DNA from: an uncultured virus (IMG/VR IMGVR_UViG_3300027884_000001) | Taxonomy: Duplodnaviria; Heunggongvirae; Uroviricota; Caudoviricetes | Virus record (IMG/VR): IMGVR_UViG_3300027884_000001 | Direction: 5' to 3' (one strand) | Length of the DNA stretch: 64,000 bases | Shown: positions 1-8,483 of the stretch, one piece after another | Numbering within the stretch: position 1 is the first letter of the stretch | Layout of the letters: every line of letters begins with the position of its first letter | The notes under the pieces: model-generated | The model's database searches: none | Seen by the model: the letters and a program-made list of their open reading frames with translations, nothing else | Told to the model about the DNA's origin: nothing | Made by a program: the position numbers and the translations under genes

Positions 1-39
1 CCTTCTTGACGCCCCCCCCCTCGGGCGGATGATGGCTGC

Positions 40-294
40 ATGAGTTTCGAGGCCAGGTACTACGAGCGACTGCATGCGGGTGTTGGCGCACTCATCGACT
101 GGATCTGCCCACACGACGGACAGCATCAAGTTGTCAACGGCAAGTGCGAATCGATCGTGCCGGTCCCCGGCCAGTGCCCGCCTGGAACGGTTGGCACAGT
201 TATCAATGGACGCTTCGTGTGCGCTCCCGTTACGGTGCCGCAGCCCTCCGCCCCTATTGCTCGTGGCGGCCGCTTGCCTCGAGCGCGATACTAG
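40..294 (+). CDS. small Cys/Pro-rich putative virion protein
   Basis: 84 aa ORF; N-terminus MSFEARYYERLHAGVGALIDW shares motifs with ORFs at 12765, 11947 and 8484. Confidence 0.6.
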   Translation: MSFEARYYERLHAGVGALIDWICPHDGQHQVVNGKCESIVPVPGQCPPGTVGTVINGRFVCAPVTVPQPSAPIARGGRLPRARY

Positions 295-305
295 AACCAG
301 CTGGC

Positions 306-342
306 TTGCAGAAACGGCCAGCTCGGGCGTATTCTGCGACCC
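306..342 (+). promoter_or_regulatory. sigma70-like promoter, probably leaderless
   Basis: TTGCAG-18 nt-TATTCT-7 nt-ATG(343); no Shine-Dalgarno. Confidence 0.5.
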
Positions 343-879
343 ATGGCCACTCGCCGCAGCAAGTCAAGGTCTTCGCGTCGCTCCACCGTTCGCCGAGGGC
401 CTCGCGGCTCTCGAGGACCGAAGGGGTCCGAGACGGGTATCTGGATCGGCGCGCTCGCCCTGGCCGCGGCCGCAGCCGTGGGGACGGCTGTCTACCTGAC
501 CGAGAAGAAGGCCAGCGCCGCAGCCCCGCCGCCGGGCGTGCTTCCCGCCCCCAGTCCGAACCCGAACCCGACTCCGGGACCGGCGCCTTCGGCACTTCCG
601 CAGACCGGCGACGTGTACAGCGCGCTCTCGTCCGCGCAGCAGGCGGCCGTCAACTCCGCCCTGTACGCGTACGTCGTGCAGGGTTACGGCGGCTGCCCTC
701 AGGTGTTCCAGAATGGCATGGCCGATGTCACTTCGGCCGGCATCACGAGTGCAGCGGCGTTGAGTGATGCGAACACTCGCGCGGCAGCCGTCGACTGCTA
801 CCAGACCGCCCTGAATCTGCAGCCGGCGAGTCTCGGCGTCCTGGACTTGGCGACGTACCGCTCGCTCGTGGGAGTCTGA
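343..879 (+). CDS. membrane-anchored protein with peptidoglycan-binding-like C-terminus
   Basis: Basic N-terminus, TM helix IWIGALALAAAAAVGTAVYL, Pro linker; C-terminal AAAVDCYQTALNL..GVLDLATYRSL resembles the PG_binding_1 pattern. Confidence 0.65.
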   Translation: MATRRSKSRSSRRSTVRRGPRGSRGPKGSETGIWIGALALAAAAAVGTAVYLTEKKASAAAPPPGVLPAPSPNPNPTPGPAPSALPQTGDVYSALSSAQQAAVNSALYAYVVQGYGGCPQVFQNGMADVTSAGITSAAALSDANTRAAAVDCYQTALNLQPASLGVLDLATYRSLVGV

Positions 880-882
880 GTC

Positions 883-1662
883 GTGGCGTCGATCGTCACG
901 CACGCGCGACGCTCTCTCAAGCATCCGACCACCAAGCGCGTCGGGTGGATCGTTGCCCTTGGCGCGGCGGCCGCGGCAGCCGTGGGCGCCACGATCTACT
1001 TCTCGGAGAAGAGCGCGAGCGCGGCTGGCACGTCGTGGGTCCAGATGCAGCCGGAGAACACGAACATGGCCGGCCTGGCGAGCGTGATGCTGCCGCCGAA
1101 CGCTGTGTTCGCGATCAGTGACGTCGCGACCGATCCGCAACTGTCGACGCTCACGAACTTCCTCAACAGCGCCGTCAGCGCGGGACAGATCGTCTCGCCG
1201 CAAGCCTACGTCGCGGGGCAAGCGGCTCCGTCTGGCTACCCGAGCGACGGTCTCGGCACCAACGGCTACCGAGCCACCGGAGTCGTAGGCAGCACCACGA
1301 CGCTCTCGGTACCTGTGTCGCAGACGACGACCGTCTGGATGAAGCAGATGCCGACGCAGAACTTCTTGGCGCTCATCACCGATCCTGCGAGCGTCACGCA
1401 GTACCAGACCGCCGTGGCCAACGCGATTGCCGCCGGCAACGGCAACATGCTCGTGGCCGCAACCCAGCCGGTGCCCACGTACTCGTCGTCGGATGTGGAT
1501 GGCAACCCGGCCAACCCTAAGTGGGTCGCGCTGCTGTCGTTGTTCCAGCAGTACGTCGATTCGGGCGGACCGCTGAAGGCGGTGCTTCCAGGCTTCCCGA
1601 CGTCGCTGCGCACCGACGGCGTGCTCGACTACGCGACGGCGCTCGTACTGATGAACCAGTAG
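883..1662 (+). CDS. membrane-anchored putative virion protein, paralog of 1677 ORF
   Basis: N-terminal TM helix; shares DGLGTxGYRAxGVV with next ORF; C-terminal TDGVLDYATALVL is PG-binding-like. Confidence 0.7.
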   Translation: MASIVTHARRSLKHPTTKRVGWIVALGAAAAAAVGATIYFSEKSASAAGTSWVQMQPENTNMAGLASVMLPPNAVFAISDVATDPQLSTLTNFLNSAVSAGQIVSPQAYVAGQAAPSGYPSDGLGTNGYRATGVVGSTTTLSVPVSQTTTVWMKQMPTQNFLALITDPASVTQYQTAVANAIAAGNGNMLVAATQPVPTYSSSDVDGNPANPKWVALLSLFQQYVDSGGPLKAVLPGFPTSLRTDGVLDYATALVLMNQ

Positions 1663-1676
1663 AGGAAACGACAACG

Positions 1677-2213
1677 ATGCCCTCCATCGTCACAAGCTCG
1701 AAGCGTCTCGCCAAGCATCCGGCGACGCGCGGTCTCGCGTGGATCATCGGTCTCGGAGTGGCCGCGGCCGCTGCAATCGGCGGCGTCATCTACTACGACG
1801 AGAAGAGTTCGAAGGCGTCGACGCTTCCGGTGCCTCCGGGCCCCGCGCCCGCTGGTCAGAATCCGGTCTGGTCGCTGCTCACGCCGGTGGCCAACCCGAG
1901 CCTACCCGGCTCGTACATGGTCACGATCCCGGCCGGATCGTCGTTCGCGTTCTCGGACGTGTCCAATGACCCGAACCTGCCGCAGATCGTTGCCGGGATG
2001 AACGCCGCGGCGAGCGGGGGAGCCATCACAGGCGCTCAGGTGTACCAGCCAGGAACGGCGGCACCGAGCTTCTGGCCGAACGACGGGCTCGGAACCGCTG
2101 GGTACCGCGCGTCCGGCGTCGTCAGCTCGGCGCTCAACCTGTCGCTCGGTGCGCTCACCACCCAATCGCCGACGCTCACGCCGATGGTGTGGATCGTCAC
2201 AGGGTACCAGTGA
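1677..2213 (+). CDS. membrane-anchored putative virion protein, paralog of 883 ORF
   Basis: AGAGGA before ATG 1677; MPSIVTSSKRLAKHP vs MASIVTHARRSLKHP. Confidence 0.7.
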   Translation: MPSIVTSSKRLAKHPATRGLAWIIGLGVAAAAAIGGVIYYDEKSSKASTLPVPPGPAPAGQNPVWSLLTPVANPSLPGSYMVTIPAGSSFAFSDVSNDPNLPQIVAGMNAAASGGAITGAQVYQPGTAAPSFWPNDGLGTAGYRASGVVSSALNLSLGALTTQSPTLTPMVWIVTGYQ

Positions 2214-2710
2214 AACGCACGACCGAGCGCGCTCTCTGGATCGGCGGATCCGCGGTCGCTGCCGCGGGCCTGGTGACAGGGATCGTCCTGCTATCGCGCA
2301 AGTCTGCAGCGGCACCTGCGCCAGCGGTTCCAGCGGGCGGCGCGATCACCGCGACGGGACCCACAGGGACGACGACACCCGTCGCGTACCCGCAGCTGGT
2401 CCTCACACAGGGTCACCGCTACTGGATGATCCTCACGTGCACCGTGGAGACAGCGGCTCCGGCGCTGTCCGCGGGCGCGCAGGCCAACGTTCTGTCGACG
2501 GCGCCCGTGGGGCCGCTGCTCGTTTTCGGCGGAACCTCGAAGGCGCGAGGCTGGAAGGTTCTGTTTCTGTACACGGGACCCACGACCCCGGCGGCCGTGA
2601 GCGCATCGACGCTCTTCGGCGCGATTCCCACCAACTGCAGTTCGACGCTCACGGATCTGGGCCCCCCGCCGCCCGCCAACGTCAACGCGATCAGTCAGAC
2701 AGGCGCGTGA
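2210..2710 (+). CDS. membrane-anchored hypothetical protein
   Basis: GTG overlaps upstream TGA; N-terminal TM helix and Ala/Pro linker. Confidence 0.6.
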   Translation: MKRTTERALWIGGSAVAAAGLVTGIVLLSRKSAAAPAPAVPAGGAITATGPTGTTTPVAYPQLVLTQGHRYWMILTCTVETAAPALSAGAQANVLSTAPVGPLLVFGGTSKARGWKVLFLYTGPTTPAAVSASTLFGAIPTNCSSTLTDLGPPPPANVNAISQTGA

Positions 2711-2711
2711 A

Positions 2712-2984
2712 ATGAGCGCAACGCTCTGGTCATGGCACAGCGGCAACCAGGCGCTGGTGACGCCCGTGCCGACACCAGACGGCAAGGTCGCGTTCCCGGC
2801 GTTCCCCGTGAGCTTTCTCCGTGCGCTCGGCTGGAACGTCGACGAGGATGCGATGCGCAGAGCGCTACCTCGGTTCGACGAGGGACCGAAGCTCGTGTCG
2901 AGCGCGAAGGACGACGACATCAAGACGGCTGCGGCTCAAGCCGGCCAAGCAAGAGGGTTCGACCGGCGTCTGCGGGGACGGTAG
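2712..2984 (+). CDS. hypothetical protein
   Basis: Fits operon packing. Confidence 0.5.
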   Translation: MSATLWSWHSGNQALVTPVPTPDGKVAFPAFPVSFLRALGWNVDEDAMRRALPRFDEGPKLVSSAKDDDIKTAAAQAGQARGFDRRLRGR

Positions 2985-2993
2985 TCTGGCGTC

Positions 2994-4697
2994 ATGGCTG
3001 CCGCATTCGGTCTGCGCAGGTACGACGTCGGTCTCGGCGACGCCAGCATCGGCTACGACTGGGGCGTTGCTCGAGGCCGCGCCGCGGGCGTCAAGACGAC
3101 ACACGACGCGTACCCTGCAGGTGCGCCAGGAATCCGCCGGTCGCTCGAGGAGATGGCGCGTCTGATGCGGGAGGCGCGTCTGGATCCGGCCGTCAATGGC
3201 TACGCGGCGGACGTGCTCAAGGCTGCAGGGATCGACGGGCGCAACCGAGCCAAGTGGACCGCGTTCCAGGTCGCTCAGACGCTGCTCGACAACGTGCGCT
3301 CGGTGGTCATCTACAGCCCGGACGCGGCCGGCGCCGAGGTCATCACGAGCCCCGCGGGCCAGCTCTGTCTGCGACCGGGTCTCTGCATCCGCAAGGAAGA
3401 CTGCGACGGACTGAGCACCCTGCTCGGCGCGCTTCTGATGTGCGTCGGCTTCCGCGTGTGGATCGTCAAGCAGTCCTGGGGTCCCACGCAGCAGGAGCAC
3501 GTTCTCATCGCCGTCGAGGACGAGTCGGGCAAGAAGCTCAAGTGCGATCCGTCGCACGCGACGATGCCTGTGGGTAAGGGCGTGCCGGCGCAGTCCGAGA
3601 TCTTCGTCGATCCGCTCGACACGGTCGGCTCCATCGGCGTGTCCGGAGCCGAGATCGTGACGTTCGGGGCGCTGCCTGGTAGCGTGAGCGACATGCAGGG
3701 CCTCGGTAAGGGTGGCGGTGGTGGCGGCGGCCACGGGGGCGGCGGCGGGGGCTGGCACGGTGGTGGCGGTGGCGGCTGGCATGGCGGTGGGGGTGGTGGC
3801 GGGGGATGGCACGGGGGCCACGGCGGGGGTCCTGGCGTACGCACGTTCCACGGCGGTCAATGGTGGCTGTGGAACGATGGCGCCTGGATCGTAGACGTCG
3901 GTGGATGCACGTCCTGCCAGCAGTGGGGAAACCCCATCGCGCCCTCGAGCGCTCTCTTGGCGGACGCGCAGGCGCATCTGGCTGCCAGCGGTGGTTCGCC
4001 GATCAGCAACTGCTGGACCGATGGTGCGACGTACCTCTACACGAGCGAGAACAGCAACGTCGTCGTGCGGCGATGCGTCTCGACGCGCGCCCCGGGCGTG
4101 AGCGGTCTGGCGCGGCGAGGACAGATCAACGATCAGTTGGCGCCCGCGGGCGTCGGTGCGCTTGTGACGAGCGCTCAGATCCAGGTGGACATCCAGAACA
4201 CGTCGACGTTGATGGACGCGACAAACGTGGGCGTGCAGGCGTGCGCGGGTCTGGCGCAGTCGGACGTGCAGACGTGGGCGGGCATCTACGCGGCGTGGCA
4301 GCTGTGGCTCTCGGGCCTCAACGAGTGCGTCGCAGACTCGGTGCCGAGCATCCACACGGCCTGCGTGAACCCGCCGTACAGCTACACGCTGTCGGAGGAG
4401 TGGGCAGCGGCCGACGCGGGCCTGACGGGCTACCAAGCGACAGCAAGAACGTGGCAGGCCAAGATCAAGATGGCGTGCCCGAGCTATCAACCCACACCTC
4501 CGTTGCCGTCACCGATCGCTCCGCCTGCGCCAACAACCCCGACGTCGTGGGTCGACGACGCGAAAACAGTGGCTGGTCTCGTTGGAGGCACGGTCGGAGT
4601 GCTCGTGGTCGGCTACGGCGTCTACCGGGTCATCCAGTTCGCTGGCGACAAGGCCAATGCACGCGCGTCAGCAGCCAAGACGGTGAAGGCGGCGTGA
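2994..4697 (+). CDS. transglutaminase-like Cys protease domain protein with Gly/His-rich linker and C-terminal TM anchor
   Basis: EDCDGLSTLLGALL...EHVLIAV...KCDPS gives a Cys-His-Asp triad with transglutaminase-like spacing; C-terminal hydrophobic helix. Confidence 0.75.
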   Translation: MAAAFGLRRYDVGLGDASIGYDWGVARGRAAGVKTTHDAYPAGAPGIRRSLEEMARLMREARLDPAVNGYAADVLKAAGIDGRNRAKWTAFQVAQTLLDNVRSVVIYSPDAAGAEVITSPAGQLCLRPGLCIRKEDCDGLSTLLGALLMCVGFRVWIVKQSWGPTQQEHVLIAVEDESGKKLKCDPSHATMPVGKGVPAQSEIFVDPLDTVGSIGVSGAEIVTFGALPGSVSDMQGLGKGGGGGGGHGGGGGGWHGGGGGGWHGGGGGGGGWHGGHGGGPGVRTFHGGQWWLWNDGAWIVDVGGCTSCQQWGNPIAPSSALLADAQAHLAASGGSPISNCWTDGATYLYTSENSNVVVRRCVSTRAPGVSGLARRGQINDQLAPAGVGALVTSAQIQVDIQNTSTLMDATNVGVQACAGLAQSDVQTWAGIYAAWQLWLSGLNECVADSVPSIHTACVNPPYSYTLSEEWAAADAGLTGYQATARTWQAKIKMACPSYQPTPPLPSPIAPPAPTTPTSWVDDAKTVAGLVGGTVGVLVVGYGVYRVIQFAGDKANARASAAKTVKAA

Positions 4698-5221
4698 TGA
4701 GTCGCGCCCGCACACTCGGAGCCGCCGCGGACGACGTGTTCGCGCAGGCGCGCGTGGACTTGTCGAGCACTGTCGGCGCGCAGATCGTCGCTGGCGATAC
4801 GGCGCTCAACGCCGGACAGTACTCTTCGGCCGTCACGGCCTACCAGCAAGCGGGCCAGGTGGGCGCTACGGTCGTCGGACCGGAGATCGATGGCGTCGGT
4901 TACTCCAACGCCACGCAGGGCTACACGCAGCAGGCCTGGCAGCTCAATACGTCGCTCGCTGCGATTCCGGCGGCCAGCGCCACGCAGGCCAACGCGATCA
5001 CTGCGCAGGCTCTCGCGTACAAGATGCAGCAGCTGTACTTGAGCGGGATCGATGCTGGAGACCGAGCCGCGAATCCGCCGTCGAGCGCCTGGCCGGTCCT
5101 GATCACGCTGGCTGGGATCGGTGTCGCTGGCGGCGTCATCCTCGGCTTCATGGATCTGCATCACAAGAGGACGACGATGCGTGCATCGCGCGCGCCGACG
5201 CGTCGCTACTCGACCAGGTGA
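4697..5221 (+). CDS. C-terminally anchored membrane protein, paralog of a domain in 12765 ORF
   Basis: ATG overlaps upstream TGA; shares YTQQAW motif; TM helix plus basic tail. Confidence 0.7.
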   Translation: MSRARTLGAAADDVFAQARVDLSSTVGAQIVAGDTALNAGQYSSAVTAYQQAGQVGATVVGPEIDGVGYSNATQGYTQQAWQLNTSLAAIPAASATQANAITAQALAYKMQQLYLSGIDAGDRAANPPSSAWPVLITLAGIGVAGGVILGFMDLHHKRTTMRASRAPTRRYSTR

Positions 5222-5225
5222 CGAC

Positions 5226-5714
5226 GTGCTCGCAGCGTTCGGCGACGACGTAGGCTTCACGCTCGTAAGCGGCAAGCGCCGACGTGTGGATGCGCCACGA
5301 ACGGCGCTCATGTTCTTCGACGACGACGGCAAGTCGTGGCCGAGCTGCAGTCTTCTCATTGCACGCCTCCAGATGCGCGGTACGCGCCCAGCGACCGACG
5401 ATGAGATGAAAGGTTTGCCTGGGCAGTGGCTCGGCAAAAACTACGAAGGCGCGCGCAGTACGGTTGATCTTCCGCCGAAGTTGCTGAGCGACTGGACGCT
5501 CGTCGGATCGCTCGCGCGCATCTGGTACTTCAGGATCGGCGACTACGCTCCAGGCTTCTTCAAGCACGCATTCAACAAGCCGACAGGTCTACGCAGGCTC
5601 GTGTTCCTCGTGAAGGGCAAGCGCGAAGTCTTGCTGTACCAGAGGCGCTCAATGTTCCGCGTGGAGCTTGGAAAAGGCTGCACGATCACGCGTTCTGGGC
5701 TCGAAGTGCCGTGA
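5226..5714 (+). CDS. hypothetical protein
   Basis: In-frame GTG after AGGTGA; start uncertain. Confidence 0.55.
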   Translation: MLAAFGDDVGFTLVSGKRRRVDAPRTALMFFDDDGKSWPSCSLLIARLQMRGTRPATDDEMKGLPGQWLGKNYEGARSTVDLPPKLLSDWTLVGSLARIWYFRIGDYAPGFFKHAFNKPTGLRRLVFLVKGKREVLLYQRRSMFRVELGKGCTITRSGLEVP

Positions 5715-5746
5715 ATCCAGTCGTTCCGGCGATCGTCTAACGGGAC

Positions 5747-6418
5747 ATGAAGTGGGGACGCGTCGGTAGGCGGCCGAAGGATCTTCCGCTCGAAGAGCTT
5801 GCGAAATTGTACGAAGGCGGATGCAGCAAAGAAGAACTGGCCCTGCGCTACCGCACGAGTGCCGCTACCGTCGGCAACTACTTGCGCAAAGCGTGGAAGC
5901 TGTTCCCGCCGAGCGAATGGGGGCACATGGGTCAAGACTGGAGACCAGTCGTTGGTTACGAGCGCCTGTACGAAGTCTCCGAGTACGGTCTCGTCAGGTC
6001 TCTTGGACGCATTCGCTTCGTGCGTCGCTACGGCATGACCCGAAAGTACATGATCGTTCCGCTAACGCGCGACGGCGTCGCGACATCGATCTCGGTTCAC
6101 AAGATCGTGGCGGAAGCATTTCTGGGTCCGCGTCCGCTCGGTCACGAGATCAACCACAAGGACGGGAACACGTGCAACAACCACTGGAAGAACCTGGCGT
6201 ACGTGTCGCCAGAGGACAACATGGCGCATGCAACGTCGATGGGACTGATTCTGCGTGGTGAGAATCATCCACACGCGAGATTGAGGGAGATCGACGTCTG
6301 GGCGATGCGTACGCTCCGCGCGTGCGGATGGTCGCACGCAAAGATCTCCAAGGAATTCGGGATCGCAGAGAACTACGCGATGCAGATTACGTCGCGCAAA
6401 GCGTGGGCACACGTGTAG
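5747..6418 (+). CDS. NUMOD4/HNH homing endonuclease
   Basis: WRPVVGYERLYEVSEYGLVRS (NUMOD4) and VHKIVAEAFLG...INHKDGNTCNNHWKNL (HNH). Confidence 0.9.
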   Translation: MKWGRVGRRPKDLPLEELAKLYEGGCSKEELALRYRTSAATVGNYLRKAWKLFPPSEWGHMGQDWRPVVGYERLYEVSEYGLVRSLGRIRFVRRYGMTRKYMIVPLTRDGVATSISVHKIVAEAFLGPRPLGHEINHKDGNTCNNHWKNLAYVSPEDNMAHATSMGLILRGENHPHARLREIDVWAMRTLRACGWSHAKISKEFGIAENYAMQITSRKAWAHV

Positions 6419-6459
6419 AGCACTTGTGCAAGCTGGCTCATTGAGCGACACTGCTTCCG

Positions 6460-8316
6460 ATGGGCGTCAGCTACTTGGACATCTTGGCGAAGAACCGCGA
6501 CGACGCTCCTGAGCACGCCGCGACGCCCGTTTTGCACCACGGAAAACGCCGAAAAACAGCCAAGAAGAGGCGTTCAGCGAGCCGGCTGGCAAAATCGACC
6601 ACGAAACGCTTGACGAACCGCAAGCGCAAGCGTGAGAATGCACATCAGCGCAACGTTTCGGAACGAGGTGGATCACAAGGCAGAGCGACTCGACGGACGC
6701 GCACAAGGCGCGCACTCGGAACCGCAAAGCAAGGGATCCACAAGATGGCGACCAAGGCTCGTAGGAAGGCAGCACGGAAGGCAGCGCGTCGTTCACACGC
6801 GGCCAAGGAGACCACGCGTCGTCGCAAGCGCCGCAGCAGCGCAGCTGCCGAAGCGCCCAAGCGTCGCCGCCGCAGCTCCCGTCGTCGCGCGGCAGCAGCC
6901 GAGCCCAAGCGCCGCAAGCGCCGCAGCTCCAAGCGCCGTCGCCACAAGGTGAAGGCGCACTCGGTGCGTCGTCATCGGGTCCGCTCGCACATGAGCAACG
7001 AGACGCCGAAGAAGCGCCGTCGCTCGCGCAAGCGCCGCAGCAGCGGTCGTCGCCGCCTGTCGATGAAGAAGAGCGCGGTCGCCGCGCGTCGTCGTCGCCG
7101 GAGCCACGCCGCAGCAGCGGAGTCGCCCAAGAAGCGCCGTCGCAGCAGCCGCAAGCGCCGCAGTTCGGGTCGTCGTCACCGCGTGCGCGGGCACACGGTC
7201 CGTCGTCGTGGCCGCACGCACCGCGTGCGTGCTCATCTCAGCCGCGAGACACCGCGCAAGCGCCGCCGCAGCCGCCGTCGCAGCCGTAGGGCGATGACGC
7301 ATCACCGCTCGCACCGGCGCTACAGCCGCCGTCGCAGCGGAGCGATGGAGAACCCGCTGAGCGGCATGGAGATCGCGGTCGGCGCCGTCACCGGTGTCGT
7401 CGGCTTCATCTCCGCCGACGCTCTCGACCGCGTCCTGGCCACGCACGCTCTCGGAGCGAGCGCGTCCGGCGCGACCGGGTCGGATGGCAAGCCGCTCTAC
7501 GGCGACACCCCGACGACCACGGGCGCCTACGCGGGTCTGTACAACGCCACCGCCGTCCTCGCCCCCATGAACGGGTGGCGCTGGCTGGCGGGCGCAGGGA
7601 TCACCATCACGCCGTTCGTCATCGCTGCCTTCATCAAGAGCCCCGTGGGCCGCAGCTCGCTGCAGTTCTTCGGGTTCGGCGCTGGCGTTCGGATCCTCGG
7701 CAAGGCCGTCACCGACCTCATGGCCAAGTTCTTCGGTCGCACCAGCTGGGGCGCCCGGATGTACGACGGCGAGGCGCGCGCGGCTGCGCTCAAGAACGGC
7801 GGCGACACGTCGCTCTACCCGACGTCGGGTCTCGGCTCTTTGCCGACCGGCGTGGGAAGCGCGTGCAACTGCGCCAACTGCACCACCGGCGTCGGCTCCT
7901 GCTGCCGCTTGACGGGCAGCCAGGCGCTCCCTCCGCCCGCGGGCGTTCCGCAGGCGTCGGGTCAGCCGACCAACACCGTGACACCGACGCCGATGCCGGC
8001 TCTGCCGATGCCGTCGCCGATGCCCGTCATCCCGCCCGCGTCCTCGACGCCCGCGCCGATGCCGGTCCCCGTCACGGCACCGCCGGTGTTCACGATGCCG
8101 CCGGGTGGAATGCGGCCGCCGCTGTCCTACAGCCCGCAGCCGGCACCGCGCCAGCCCATCCAGGGCCGGTTCCAGAGTCCGCCCGTCTTCGCGCCGCCTC
8201 CGGGCAGCGTGCTTGCGGCCGGAACGCAGGGTCTGCCCGAGGGCGTGGGCGCACCGAACGGGGCTCGCAAGAGCGCGTACCACTGGGGGAGCGATTCGGA
8301 CAAGGCGGCCGAGTAA
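6460..8316 (+). CDS. Arg/Ser-rich protamine-like protein with TM segments and Pro-rich tail (putative DNA-condensing core protein)
   Basis: About 200 aa R/K/S/H-rich repeats, then hydrophobic segments, CNCANC..CC and Pro-rich tail; alternative start ATG 6745. Confidence 0.7.
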   Translation: MGVSYLDILAKNRDDAPEHAATPVLHHGKRRKTAKKRRSASRLAKSTTKRLTNRKRKRENAHQRNVSERGGSQGRATRRTRTRRALGTAKQGIHKMATKARRKAARKAARRSHAAKETTRRRKRRSSAAAEAPKRRRRSSRRRAAAAEPKRRKRRSSKRRRHKVKAHSVRRHRVRSHMSNETPKKRRRSRKRRSSGRRRLSMKKSAVAARRRRRSHAAAAESPKKRRRSSRKRRSSGRRHRVRGHTVRRRGRTHRVRAHLSRETPRKRRRSRRRSRRAMTHHRSHRRYSRRRSGAMENPLSGMEIAVGAVTGVVGFISADALDRVLATHALGASASGATGSDGKPLYGDTPTTTGAYAGLYNATAVLAPMNGWRWLAGAGITITPFVIAAFIKSPVGRSSLQFFGFGAGVRILGKAVTDLMAKFFGRTSWGARMYDGEARAAALKNGGDTSLYPTSGLGSLPTGVGSACNCANCTTGVGSCCRLTGSQALPPPAGVPQASGQPTNTVTPTPMPALPMPSPMPVIPPASSTPAPMPVPVTAPPVFTMPPGGMRPPLSYSPQPAPRQPIQGRFQSPPVFAPPPGSVLAAGTQGLPEGVGAPNGARKSAYHWGSDSDKAAE

Positions 8317-8483
8317 GGTCGTCGACGGAAGTGACGGGCACTGGGGCCCGCCCGCAAGGGCCCCATCGTTGTCAGCGCAACGAGTCGAGTAGGTAAGCAA
8401 CACCAGAGGATCGCGGTCTCAGTCGGCAACCCCCGTCGCAAGGGCCCTTAGGGCGTGCGCGGTCACCGAAAGAGAACACGACC

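Noticed and set aside
12..20. C9 tract as phase-variable promoter spacer
   Set aside because: At the window edge with a weak -10; no evidence of length variation from one sequence
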